Assembly (NCBI GenBank): GCA_041750275.1
Contig: JBGSZR010000301.1
Span: 1-43,173 of the forward strand
Length of the DNA: 43,173 nucleotides
Source of the DNA: Gemmataceae bacterium
GTDB taxonomy: Bacteria; Planctomycetota; Planctomycetia; Gemmatales; Gemmataceae
Reading direction: 5' to 3'
Notes under the pieces: generated by a model
Told to the model about the DNA's origin: nothing
What the model saw: the letters and a program-made list of their open reading frames with translations, nothing else
Databases searched by the model: none
Position numbers and translations under genes: made by a program
Shown here: one piece after another, positions 1-8,938 of the stretch
How positions within the stretch are numbered: position 1 is the first letter of the stretch
How the letters are laid out: every line of letters begins with the position of its first letter

Positions 1-1
1 C

Positions 2-754
2 GGTGTTGCCGCGGCGTTCCTGCTCGGCGGCCGCACGCCCTTCGAACTCCTTCTGGGTGGAGCGGTCGCGGGCTGGCTTGCCATGGCCACCGTGAACCTC
101 GTGAAACGGCACTCCCGCATCCCCTTCGACGCCGCACTCGGCGGTGCCCTGGCCGTCTTCTTCGGCCTCGGCCTTGCCCTCATGACTTACGTGCAACGCA
201 ACATCCCGGACGCCTCCCAGCACCCGCTCGAACGCTACCTCTTCGGCCAGGCGGCTCTGCTGCGCGAACGCGATCTCTGGACCATTGGCGTCCTCGGCAC
301 GGTGGCACTGGTTCTGCTGATGGCGTTCTGGAAAGAGATGAAATTGCTGGCCTTCGACCCGGACTATGCCGCCAGCCTGGGAATGCCCGTGCGGCGGCTC
401 GAACTGTTGCTCACAACCCTCACCGTCGTCGCCGTGGTGGTGGGGCTCAAGGCCGTCGGCGTGGTGCTGATGACCGCTCTGCTTGTTGCACCCGCAGCCG
501 CGGCCCGGCAATGGACGAATCGGCTGGGTGTGCTCGTGCTGCTCGCCGGTCTCTTTGGGGCCCTGGCCGGAGCCGGCGGCACGGTGGCCAGCCATTTGCT
601 CAGCTACCTGCCCGGCATCTCGGCCGTCCCCACCGGCCCCACCATCGTGCTCGTGGCCACGGGCATTGTCCTCTTCTCACTCGCCTTCGGCACCGCCCGC
701 GGCCTCGTCTGGATCGTGGTAAACCGGAGGGCAATGGCTAAGCCTTCTCCGTGA
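2..754 (+). CDS. ABC-3 family metal (Mn/Zn/Fe-chelate) ABC transporter permease, 5'-truncated by the window edge (ZnuB/MntB/TroC-like)
   Basis: The reading frame is open from base 2 with no stop, so the gene begins upstream of the window. The product is a polytopic membrane protein. The segment 'LLAFDPDYAASLGMPVRRLELLLTTLTVVAVVVGLKAVGVVLMTALLVAPAAAAR' is typical of ABC-3 permeases. Confidence 0.8.
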   Translation, partial: GVAAAFLLGGRTPFELLLGGAVAGWLAMATVNLVKRHSRIPFDAALGGALAVFFGLGLALMTYVQRNIPDASQHPLERYLFGQAALLRERDLWTIGVLGTVALVLLMAFWKEMKLLAFDPDYAASLGMPVRRLELLLTTLTVVAVVVGLKAVGVVLMTALLVAPAAAARQWTNRLGVLVLLAGLFGALAGAGGTVASHLLSYLPGISAVPTGPTIVLVATGIVLFSLAFGTARGLVWIVVNRRAMAKPSP

Positions 755-2435
755 CGGCGGCCCCGTTATTGCTGGGTTCCTTGATCGGTGTGTCCGGTTG
801 GAGTTTGGCGACAAACTCGGGCACCTCGACGCCGCCGATATCGCGCATCACCTGCATCATGGGTGGCATGAGGCGGGCCATGTCCTGCAGGAAGGCGGCG
901 GTCTTCGACATCTCGCCATTGCCACCACCTTCCCAGACCACGACCTTGTCGAACTTGATGTTCGAGATTGCTTTCGCGGAAGCCTCGGCGAGTGCGTCCA
1001 TGTGTTCCAGCATCAGTAACTGGAAGGCTGCCTGGGATGAACCGCAAGCCTCGATGACCTTCTTGAGGCCATCGCCCTTCTTGGCCAGAATCTCGTACTG
1101 CCCGCGGGCCTCGGCTTCGAGCCTGGCATAGATGGTCGCGGCGGCGGCCTGGGCTTCGAGTTTCACACGTTCCGCGGCTGCTTCCGCATCCACAATCATC
1201 TTGGCCTTCTCGGCCTTCGCGGGTGCCTCGAGTGCGGCCCGCTGCTCAGCCTCGATCTTCTCGGCTTCCGCCAGCGCGGCCTTCGCCATGGCCCGGTTCT
1301 GCGCTTCGAGCACGGCGGCTTCTGCCTCGCGCTTCTTCGTCTCGGAAAGCTGGTACGCTTCGGCTTTCTTCACTGCAAGTATGGCCTGGGCATCCGCAAT
1401 GTCGGCCTGGGCCGTTGATTCGCCGCCGATAGCCTTGGCATTGGCTTCCGCAAGCCGCACGCGCTTGTCGCGGTCAGCCTCGGCGATGCGTGATTCGCGT
1501 TCGAACACGGCGGCCTGTTCGCCGATTTTCTGATCACGGTCGAGTTCGGCAATGCGAATGGCTTGTTGTCGCTGGGCTTCTTTCACCAGCGCATCCTGTT
1601 CGAGCTTGGCGGTCTGCTCACCGACTTCGCGTTCCTTGTCCAGTTGGGCCACGCGGATCGCCTGCTCGCGGGTCGCTTCGCGGGTGCCGATCTCGCGGAG
1701 CTTGGTCGCATTGGCCACGGCCACGTCCATCTCGCGCTCGGCCTCGGCGACACCGGTTTGCCCCTTCTTCTCCTGCTCCGCAACGTCGATCTTGGCCTGT
1801 TGAATCGCAATTGCCGCCGCCTTGCGGCCGATGGCCTCGATGTACCCAGATTCGTCCGTGAGGTCCGTGATGTTGACGTTGATCAGAATCAGCCCGATCT
1901 TCTTGAGTTCGGGTTCGAGCGAGCGCAACACGTTCTCCAGGAACTTGTCGCGATCGCGGTTGATGTCCTCGATTCGCATCGACGCGATGACTTGCCGCAA
2001 CTGACCGAAGATGATGTCGCCGGCCTGTTGCTTGACCTCGGCGGTATTAAGGCCGAGCAAACGAATCGCGGCGTTCTGCATCGTCTCGGGGTCGGTGCCG
2101 ATGGCGACAGTGAACACGCTTGGCACATTCACGCGGATGTTCTCGATCGAGAGTGCGCCCTTGAGTGGCACTTCGATCTGGATCGGTTCGAGGCTGAGAT
2201 AGTCGTAGTCCTGGATGAGCGGCATCACGAAGGCCGCGCCGCCGTGGACACACTTCGCGGCATTGCTGCCACCGGTCTTGCCGAAGATGACCAGCACGCG
2301 GTTCGAGGGGCAGCGCTTGTAACGCTTGACCAGCAACATGAAGAAGCTGAAGAGCACAACGCCCACGGCAAACGCCGCGATGATGTACCAGCTACTCGCA
2401 TCAAGCGGTTGCCCCGGCGCAGCGAGAATGAACAT
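738..2435 (-). CDS. floT: Flotillin (SPFH/band-7 family, FloT/YqiK-like)
   Basis: 565 aa. It has an N-terminal TM helix, an SPFH core ('VIFGKTGGSNAAKCVHGGAAFVMPLIQDYDYLSLEPIQIEV') and a long Ala/Glu-rich coiled coil with internal repeats (QAIRVAQLDKEREVGEQTA / QAIRIAELDRDQKIGEQAA). It sits immediately downstream of an NfeD-like gene on the same strand. Confidence 0.9.
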   Translation of the reverse strand: MFILAAPGQPLDASSWYIIAAFAVGVVLFSFFMLLVKRYKRCPSNRVLVIFGKTGGSNAAKCVHGGAAFVMPLIQDYDYLSLEPIQIEVPLKGALSIENIRVNVPSVFTVAIGTDPETMQNAAIRLLGLNTAEVKQQAGDIIFGQLRQVIASMRIEDINRDRDKFLENVLRSLEPELKKIGLILINVNITDLTDESGYIEAIGRKAAAIAIQQAKIDVAEQEKKGQTGVAEAEREMDVAVANATKLREIGTREATREQAIRVAQLDKEREVGEQTAKLEQDALVKEAQRQQAIRIAELDRDQKIGEQAAVFERESRIAEADRDKRVRLAEANAKAIGGESTAQADIADAQAILAVKKAEAYQLSETKKREAEAAVLEAQNRAMAKAALAEAEKIEAEQRAALEAPAKAEKAKMIVDAEAAAERVKLEAQAAAATIYARLEAEARGQYEILAKKGDGLKKVIEACGSSQAAFQLLMLEHMDALAEASAKAISNIKFDKVVVWEGGGNGEMSKTAAFLQDMARLMPPMMQVMRDIGGVEVPEFVAKLQPDTPIKEPSNNGAAVTEKA

Positions 2436-2539
2436 GGTGTGTTTCCAGTATGAGTGTTGACTGTCTGGTGTCGAGTGTTCTCGGTCTTCTGTTCCTTGTC
2501 TTCTCCCTGAATCCTGAATCTTGTCTCCCGCTTCCCGAA

Positions 2540-3142
2540 TTACACGGCGGCGACTTCAACTGTGTCTGCGTTCACGACGCTGATGACGCGGATGGGTGTG
2601 CCGGTCGGGAGTTCGTTCCCGGCGGTCACGGCCTGGTATTCGACCGTCCGGTTTTGCAGGCTCATGTGAATCTTGCCCGGGCCGCCTTTCGCAGCGGGCA
2701 CGCGTAGATAGACGGTGCCGGTGCGGCCCACGGCACGATCGACTCGGGCGGTGCCATCGGACTTGAGGCGATTCAGGGAGCGCATCATTTCGGCGACGAT
2801 CACCAGGGCCAGTGCTCCGGCTCCGAGAGCGATGCCGAGGGCGGGAAGTTCATCGATGCCGGAACTGATGGCGATCTTGCCGCCAATGCCGAAGAAGGCG
2901 AGTGCAGCGGCGACGGTGCGGACCGAGAGCAGCCCCACGAACCAGTTGCTGCCGTGGGCATCGTGGCCAGCCTCACCGCGTTCATGCTCTGTATCGTGGT
3001 CTGCACCATCGGCGTGGTCGACATCATCGCCGACGAAGCCGAGCATCCCGGCAAGCGTCTGCAACACCATGAGCGTGCCGCCGAGAACGGCGCAGATCAG
3101 GAACGCTGTATCCATGTGGAGCCTCCGCCTGGAGAAACGCAC
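2540..3142 (-). CDS. NfeD-like membrane protein (YqiJ/YuaF-like, DUF1449-type) partner of flotillin
   Basis: About 190–200 aa with two TM segments separated by an Asp/His-rich loop (GDDVDHADGADHDTEHERGEAGHDAHG), and a C-terminal OB-fold-like soluble domain. It lies directly upstream of flotillin as in yqiJ–yqiK and yuaF–floT. The start is uncertain: 3142 or the ATG at 3115. Confidence 0.72.
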   Translation of the reverse strand: MRFSRRRLHMDTAFLICAVLGGTLMVLQTLAGMLGFVGDDVDHADGADHDTEHERGEAGHDAHGSNWFVGLLSVRTVAAALAFFGIGGKIAISSGIDELPALGIALGAGALALVIVAEMMRSLNRLKSDGTARVDRAVGRTGTVYLRVPAAKGGPGKIHMSLQNRTVEYQAVTAGNELPTGTPIRVISVVNADTVEVAAV

Positions 3143-3269
3143 GAGTCGATTCTAACAGGACGCCGAGTGTCGTTGCTGTTACCGATCTATTCGCCGGGGG
3201 TGATTCGAGATTAACAATCGTGGCGGAAGTGTGGTTGTGCCGATTGCAGCGATTGAAGGGGAAGAAAAA

Positions 3270-3296
3270 GTGCTACCCTTCCCGGTGGGCGGAAGG
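3270..3296 (-). terminator. Candidate intrinsic terminator downstream of the TPR-like gene
   Basis: A 7-bp GC stem (CCCTTCC / GGAAGGG) is followed on the minus strand, a few nt later, by a TTTTT run. It lies about 30 nt past the stop of the 3327..4088 gene. Confidence 0.35.
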
Positions 3297-3326
3297 GCCA
3301 GGCGTGTGGCTGCTGCCGAACGCACA

Positions 3327-4088
3327 TCAGTTCTTGGGAGCCGCGGTCAGTTCATCGAGGCGCTTGCGCGCGGTCTTGATTCGGCCGGGATCGATGTCGT
3401 ATTCCACCACGGAGCGGTAGAGTTCGATCGCCTTGGAGCGTTCGTTCAACTGGCGATCGTACAGCACCGCAGCTCGCAGGCGGGCATCGGTGGTGGAGCC
3501 TTTCACCCACTGGAAGGAACGCTCGTAGTAGCGTGCTGCGCGATCGTACTGGCGGTAGGCCCGGCTCTCGTAGATGTCGCCGAGATTGTAAGCGACATCC
3601 GAAATCTTGTCCGAGTGCGGGTACTTCTCCAGCAGTTCGCGCAAGAGCATCTCGGCCCGGCGCTGGTTGAGCACATAATCGTCGCCGAAGCCCTTCCCTT
3701 TGAACTCCATGGCATATTTGTAGAGTTCGTTGGCTTCCTTCACGTTGAGCGTGGCTTCGAGTGTGGGCGGCGGCACATCGTTGACGTCCAGGTTATAGGA
3801 CGGCTTGAACATCAGGTGGAAAGCGAGCAACTCCTGCTCTGACCAGTCAGCCCGTTGCTTGTCGCCCACCTTGATGTAGTGGGCGCGCATCTCCTTGAGG
3901 CTTTCTTCGTATTCCTGTCGAGCCGCCAGATTGCGTTTCACGACGGCTACATCGGAGACGGGTGCAGGTGGAAGTTCGCTGCTGGCAGCCTTTTTGTCCT
4001 TCTTCTCCTGACCCGCCGAGGGGATCGCGGTGGTTCCAAGAACGGCCAGGCCTGCCATAAAGGCGATCGACATCAGCACAGGCCGCAT
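3327..4088 (-). CDS. Secreted hypothetical protein with TPR-like helical repeats
   Basis: It has an N-terminal Sec signal peptide (MRPVLMSIAFMAGLAVLGTTAIPSAG). Tyr/Arg-rich helical repeats (YNLGDIYESRAYRQYDRAARYYERSF) look TPR-like. No specific family was recognised. Confidence 0.6.
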   Translation of the reverse strand: MRPVLMSIAFMAGLAVLGTTAIPSAGQEKKDKKAASSELPPAPVSDVAVVKRNLAARQEYEESLKEMRAHYIKVGDKQRADWSEQELLAFHLMFKPSYNLDVNDVPPPTLEATLNVKEANELYKYAMEFKGKGFGDDYVLNQRRAEMLLRELLEKYPHSDKISDVAYNLGDIYESRAYRQYDRAARYYERSFQWVKGSTTDARLRAAVLYDRQLNERSKAIELYRSVVEYDIDPGRIKTARKRLDELTAAPKN

Positions 4089-4104
4089 GACTCACCTCGA
4101 ATGT

Positions 4105-5262
4105 TCAAGTCTTACTGGTATCGGGCCCGCCAGGGTTAGCCGGCAAACCGGGATTTTGCCCCGATAGCCCCGTGGAAGGCGGTGCCGTCTGCGTGGTGCT
4201 GCCCGGCCCGGAATACGGCGTGTGGCCGCTTCCCGAACGCTGTTCCGGTCGGCCGAAGATCATGCGGCCCGCCGGCGTCTGCAGCACACTCGTCACCACG
4301 ATGGGCACCTCCTGACCAATCAAGTTGCGTCCTGCTTCCACCACCACCATCGTGCCATCGTCCAGGTAGCCAATGCCCTGGCCGATCTGATCGCCTGCCT
4401 TCACGATGCGGATTTGCAGAATCTCACCTGGCAGCGCCACCGTCTTCATGGCATTGGCGAGTTCATTCAGATTGATGACATCCACACCCTGCAGCTGGGC
4501 GATCTTATTCAGATTGAAGTCGTTCGTGACGACGCGGGCACCGATGGCCTTGGCCAGGATCACGAGTCGTTCATCGACGCGAATACGCTCGCCCGTGCGA
4601 AGCTCGGGCACGTTGCCATCGTGCATTTGCAGTTCGATCTTCGCATTGGACTGCAACCGCTTGAGCACATCGAGCCCGCGGCGACCGCGGTTCCGCTTGA
4701 GCTTGTCCGAGCTATCCGCAATGGCCTGCAGTTCCTGGAGCACGAAGCGCGGCACGAGCAGTTTGCTATCCACTAATCGAGTATCGCACACATCTGCGAT
4801 GCGGCCATCGATGATCACGCTGGTGTCGAGAACAAGTGGCCGGCCACCCTTCACTTGTTTGGAAAATTCGACATAAGGGATAATGAAGCGAAACTCGTCC
4901 TTGGTCTGGAGCAGTGTTGAAATCGTCACGTAGCAACTAATCACGGTAATCAGCACGCGGCCGATCGGGATCATTCGCGGATCGTGGAAGGCATATGCCA
5001 TCAAGGGTTCGAGGGCCATGGAGAAGAGCCAGCCCAGGAGCAAGCCGAGCAACAGGCCGAAGTAGATGGCGGATATGGTGGTGATCTGCTTCTGCTTCTC
5101 GCGGATGTCCGTGAACATCACGATGCTGCCAAAGGCGAGGAACCCCAGGGCGATGAGGATGCCCGTGGTTTGTTCGTCCCGCTCGATGAAGATGCTGGCC
5201 GTGAAGATCGCGATACCGATGAGCAAGCCGACGTAGGCGACACGGAGAAGCCAAAGGAGCAT
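4105..5262 (-). CDS. PIN + TRAM domain membrane protein (YacL-like)
   Basis: N-terminal TM helices are followed by a PIN domain ('RPLVLDTSVIIDGRIADV…VVTNDFNLNKIAQLQGVDVINLNELA') and a C-terminal TRAM-like β-barrel ('GEILQIRIVKAGDQIGQGIGYLDDGTMVVVE'). The start is placed at ATG 5262 (MLLWLL…, with GAGG 6 nt upstream). The longer ORF running to 5463 would overlap dgt. Confidence 0.75.
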   Translation of the reverse strand: MLLWLLRVAYVGLLIGIAIFTASIFIERDEQTTGILIALGFLAFGSIVMFTDIREKQKQITTISAIYFGLLLGLLLGWLFSMALEPLMAYAFHDPRMIPIGRVLITVISCYVTISTLLQTKDEFRFIIPYVEFSKQVKGGRPLVLDTSVIIDGRIADVCDTRLVDSKLLVPRFVLQELQAIADSSDKLKRNRGRRGLDVLKRLQSNAKIELQMHDGNVPELRTGERIRVDERLVILAKAIGARVVTNDFNLNKIAQLQGVDVINLNELANAMKTVALPGEILQIRIVKAGDQIGQGIGYLDDGTMVVVEAGRNLIGQEVPIVVTSVLQTPAGRMIFGRPEQRSGSGHTPYSGPGSTTQTAPPSTGLSGQNPGLPANPGGPDTSKT

Positions 5263-5452
5263 GGCAGCCTCGGAGAGCGGGTGATCGATGCAGGCGATGG
5301 CACGACTTAAACGGCGGTCCTGTGCAACCGAACAGCACGGGCGGATGGTCTGTCGAGAATCCGCGGCAGTCGACGTGAATGGCCGGCACGCCGATATCAG
5401 TCTTCTGATCACTGTCATCTGATGTCTGACTTCTATTCTGCCATTACTGATC

Positions 5453-6688
5453 TTACAACTCAACCGAGGGTAAAAACAGACGGCGGTATTCCTGTTGGGC
5501 GAATCGATCGGTCATTCCTGCGAGATAATCCCCCACCACGCGGTGAAGTGAGTCCACAGGTCGGCGATTGGCCACCACCCAGCCCGGTGGCGTCGGCCCA
5601 GCAATGCGCTCCGCTTCTACCCAGCGGCGCAAGTGCTTCTCGGGCAGCAGCTCCGGGCTCTTTACATACTCCGTGAAGAGCATCTGCAGGATGCGCTTGC
5701 CATTGGCCGTCATGCGGAGCACACGATGATGCGTGTAGACCCGGCCACGCAGGAAGCGTTCGAGGCCCAACTTGCCAGCACGCACCGCGGGCGAGAAGCC
5801 GACCAGTGGTTCGGTCGCCGTGCGGACATCGTCCAATGACTTCACCATTGCGGTTTCAAGCCGGCGTGCGGTCTCTTCGAGCAAGTCGGTGACTTGCCAG
5901 GCAAGCAACTCACGGACCACGGCCGTGCGAAACGGATGGCCAGTTAATCCCGGTGTGTGAGCGCGAACGCGCTCGGAAGCCCGCACCCAGAACTCGACCT
6001 CGTTCAGTTCTTCCAGCGTGATGAGGCCGAGCCCGAGAGCATCATCGGTGTCGTGTGTGTCGTAAGCCAGGGAATCGACCACGTCGGCCACCTGAGCCTC
6101 GAGCAAGGGCGAACCGGAGCCCTGAAATTCCAGGCTTTCCGGAGCCGTTGATTTGCCGCTGTGCTGGGCGAAGGCTTCGCGCACCTCGAAGGAGAGATTG
6201 AGGCCCGGAAAATCGGGGTAGCGCTCCTCGAGTTCATCGACGCGGCGCAGGCCGAAGAGGTTGTGATCGAAGCCGCCGTGCTCCGCGAGGCAGCCGTTGA
6301 GCGCGGCTTCACCAGCATGGCCAAAGGGCGGATGGCCGATATCGTGGGCGAGCGCGATCGCCTCGGTGAGATCCTCATTGAGGCGAAGCCGGCGGGCAAC
6401 GGTGCGGGCCACCTGCGTCACTTCCAGCGTGTGCGTGAGGCGCGTGCGATGGTGGTCGTTCACCGAGGCCACGAGCACCTGCGTCTTGCCGGTCATGCGG
6501 CGAAAAGCCGTGCAATGCACGATGCGTTCGCGATCGCGCTGATAGAGCGAGCGAAACGGGTGTTCCGGCTCCGCATGCCTGCGGCCACGGCTCACGCTCG
6601 AACGCATGGCATAGGGCGCAAGCCAGGCGTCCTCGTGATCGAGCCAGTGGCGGGCGGATTGCGGAGCGAGAGCCATCGATTCACTCAT
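5453..6688 (-). CDS. dgt: dGTP triphosphohydrolase-like HD-domain protein
   Basis: The HD motif 'HDIGHPPFGHAGE' is present. The N-terminal part ('RDRERIVHCTAFRRMTGKTQV…HHRTRLTHTLEV') aligns in my reading with the Dgt family. Confidence 0.88.
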   Translation of the reverse strand: MSESMALAPQSARHWLDHEDAWLAPYAMRSSVSRGRRHAEPEHPFRSLYQRDRERIVHCTAFRRMTGKTQVLVASVNDHHRTRLTHTLEVTQVARTVARRLRLNEDLTEAIALAHDIGHPPFGHAGEAALNGCLAEHGGFDHNLFGLRRVDELEERYPDFPGLNLSFEVREAFAQHSGKSTAPESLEFQGSGSPLLEAQVADVVDSLAYDTHDTDDALGLGLITLEELNEVEFWVRASERVRAHTPGLTGHPFRTAVVRELLAWQVTDLLEETARRLETAMVKSLDDVRTATEPLVGFSPAVRAGKLGLERFLRGRVYTHHRVLRMTANGKRILQMLFTEYVKSPELLPEKHLRRWVEAERIAGPTPPGWVVANRRPVDSLHRVVGDYLAGMTDRFAQQEYRRLFLPSVEL

Positions 6689-6815
6689 TCGGTTCCAGAC
6701 TGTGTGAGGACCATTTTACGAATCATCACGAATTGCAGGCGAACCCTGTGCGAGTGTGCTCGTGATCGTTAAGCCGATGTCGTGAGATATTCGCCTTTCC
6801 CTGCAGGAGTTCACC

Positions 6816-7601
6816 ATGAAGAAGATCCTGTTCCTCGCACTGGCCTTCGTGCCATTCTCCGCCATGAGCACCACCGCTGACGACAAGAAGGCATCACCGG
6901 ACACGCGTGTATTCGAGATGCGAGTCTATTATGCCGCTCCGGGCAAGCTGGAGGCGCTGAACGCCCGCTTCCGCGATCACACCACGAAGCTGTTCGAGAA
7001 GCACGGCATGACCAACGTGGGCTACTTCACCCCGGTCGGCGACAACAAGGAAGGCAAGCTGGTGTACTTTCTCGCTTATCCGAGCAAGGACGCCCGTGCG
7101 GCCTCGTGGAAAGCGTTCGCGGCGGATCCGGACTGGAAGAAGGCCCAGGCCGATTCGGAGAAGGACGGCAGGCTGGTGACGAAGGTGGAACAGAAGTTCC
7201 TGAACACCACGGACTTTTCACCTGCTCTGAAGATCGAGGCCGGCAAGGGGCCACGCGTGTTCGAACTGCGGACGTACACCACCACGAAGGGCAACCTGCC
7301 GGCACTCGATTCTCGCTTCCGCGATCACACTATCAAGCTGTTCGAGAAGCACGGCATGACCAATCTCGTCTACTGGCACCTGACGCCGGATTCGAAGGGT
7401 GCGGAGAACACGCTGGTCTACCTGCTGGCCCACGACAGCCCCGAGGCCGCGAAGAAATCGTTTGATGGCTTCCGCATGGACCCCGCCTGGATCGAGGCCC
7501 GCAAGGCCAGCGAGGAGAAGGCCGGCGGCTCCCTCACCGAAGCCAAGGGCGGCGTGGTTTCCGAGTTCCTGACCCCGACCGATTACTCGGCTTTGAAGTA
7601 A
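6816..7601 (+). CDS. Secreted tandem NIPSNAP-domain protein
   Basis: It has a signal peptide (MKKILFLALAFVPFSAMS). Two internally duplicated NIPSNAP-like halves are present: 'RVFEMRVYYAAPGKLEALNARFRDHTTKLFEKHGMTNVGYF' and 'RVFELRTYTTTKGNLPALDSRFRDHTIKLFEKHGMTNLVYW'. Confidence 0.8.
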   Translation: MKKILFLALAFVPFSAMSTTADDKKASPDTRVFEMRVYYAAPGKLEALNARFRDHTTKLFEKHGMTNVGYFTPVGDNKEGKLVYFLAYPSKDARAASWKAFAADPDWKKAQADSEKDGRLVTKVEQKFLNTTDFSPALKIEAGKGPRVFELRTYTTTKGNLPALDSRFRDHTIKLFEKHGMTNLVYWHLTPDSKGAENTLVYLLAHDSPEAAKKSFDGFRMDPAWIEARKASEEKAGGSLTEAKGGVVSEFLTPTDYSALK

Positions 7602-7611
7602 GTGGTTGGTC

Positions 7612-7652
7612 GCGGAGTGGTTCGCGGCGAGCGGTCGGCGAAACCACTCCGC
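7612..7652. terminator. Candidate bidirectional terminator hairpin between convergent NIPSNAP and hemA genes
   Basis: A 9-bp stem (GCGGAGTGG / CCACTCCGC) lies in the 65-nt convergent gap. Only a weak T tract follows it. Confidence 0.3.
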
Positions 7653-7666
7653 AAGTTTCGGTGCTT

Positions 7667-8938
7667 TTATCCTTTGAGCCCGAACAGCTTCATCAGCGCA
7701 TCGCGAAGGCCGCCGCGGTGGTCTTCATGGGATTCCCGCAGTGCGGCGATGGGGCCATGCAGCAGCTTGTTCTGAAAGAGGCGGAAGGCGCCTTCGATAT
7801 AGGCCCGGTCCGCTTCGGTGAGTTGGCCGTTGAGCTTCTCAAGCAAGGGCGACACCACCGCTTCGCGAACGCGATCCACTTCCGCCGTGAGTTGCCCAAT
7901 CACCGGGCCATCCTTGCGGCGGTTCCAGTCCTTCACGAACTTCGCCACTTCTTCGGCCACGATGCTCTCGGCCTTCGGCACGTGCCGGCGGCGCTCGGTG
8001 AGTTGCTGATCGCGGACACTGTTCAGATCATCGACGTTGTAGAGGCAGACGCGGTCACCATCGTGGATGCGGGAATCGAAATCGCGCGGCACCGCCATGT
8101 CGAAGATCACCATGGCCCGCCGACCACGCCTGGAGCGAACCTTTTCATCGAAACGCCGCCGCGGCATGATCGGCTCGGCGGCCCCGGTGGTGCTCAGCAC
8201 AATATCCGATTGCACGAGTGCGTCATCGAGCTGCTCCCACGGCACAGCTTGACCACCGTACTCGGCCGCCGCCGCCGTAGCGCGTTCGGGGTTGCGGTTA
8301 GTCACGAGCACCCGGGCCGGTTCCAGTTCCTTCAAGTGTTGCAACGTCAGACGGGCCATCTCGCCGGCACCAATTACAAGCACGGTCTTGTCGTGATAGT
8401 GGTCGAACACGGGGCGCAAGAAATCAACGGCCGCGCTTGCCACCGAGACGTGCCCCTGCTCGATTCCCGTTTCCGTCCGGACGCGCTTGGAGACGCGAAG
8501 CGCACTGGCGAAGAGTGCGTTGAGCAATGGTCCCGTGGTTGGGAGCTTCTGGGCAATCTCGAAGGCTTCTTTGACCTGGGCGGCGATCTGCCCTTCCCCG
8601 ATGACGACACTATCAAGGCTGCAGGCAACGCGGAAGGCGTGCTCCACGGCGCGTTCATCGGCGCGCTCGTAGAGGTGCGGAAGGATGTAACTGGCCGGGA
8701 CGGCGTGAATCTCCGCCAGGAACTCCGCGATGAGCGGAGCATGAACGGGTGCACCATCCTCGGGGCGGGCGAGATAGAGCTCGACGCGATTGCAGGTGCC
8801 GAGCACGACCGCTTCCACGCCGTAGCGGGCATTCAATTCGGTGAGTGCGTAGCGAAGTTTCGCGTCGTTGAAGGCGAGTTTCTCCCGCACGGCGACATCC
8901 GCCGAGGCAACGTTGCAGCCGATGGCACGGAGGTTCAC
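7667..8938 (-). CDS. hemA: Glutamyl-tRNA reductase
   Basis: The full HemA signature is present: 'LGTCNRVELY', the NADPH-binding 'VLVIGAGEMA', and a C-terminal dimerisation helix. The start is assigned to GTG at 8938, which has a perfect AAGGAGG Shine-Dalgarno 6 nt upstream. The 710-aa ORF in the track is a read-through artefact across the upstream gene. Confidence 0.92.
   Translation of the reverse strand: MNLRAIGCNVASADVAVREKLAFNDAKLRYALTELNARYGVEAVVLGTCNRVELYLARPEDGAPVHAPLIAEFLAEIHAVPASYILPHLYERADERAVEHAFRVACSLDSVVIGEGQIAAQVKEAFEIAQKLPTTGPLLNALFASALRVSKRVRTETGIEQGHVSVASAAVDFLRPVFDHYHDKTVLVIGAGEMARLTLQHLKELEPARVLVTNRNPERATAAAAEYGGQAVPWEQLDDALVQSDIVLSTTGAAEPIMPRRRFDEKVRSRRGRRAMVIFDMAVPRDFDSRIHDGDRVCLYNVDDLNSVRDQQLTERRRHVPKAESIVAEEVAKFVKDWNRRKDGPVIGQLTAEVDRVREAVVSPLLEKLNGQLTEADRAYIEGAFRLFQNKLLHGPIAALRESHEDHRGGLRDALMKLFGLKG

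Noticed and set aside
1563-2453. 296-aa plus-strand ORF antisense to flotillin
   Set aside because: It is Leu/Arg/Asp-rich low-complexity sequence mirroring the flotillin Ala/Glu coiled coil. No homology was seen.
5263-5463. 67-codon N-terminal extension of the YacL-like ORF
   Set aside because: It would overlap the 3' end of dgt. The segment is Arg/Cys-rich and non-membrane, while ATG 5262 starts exactly at the first TM helix.
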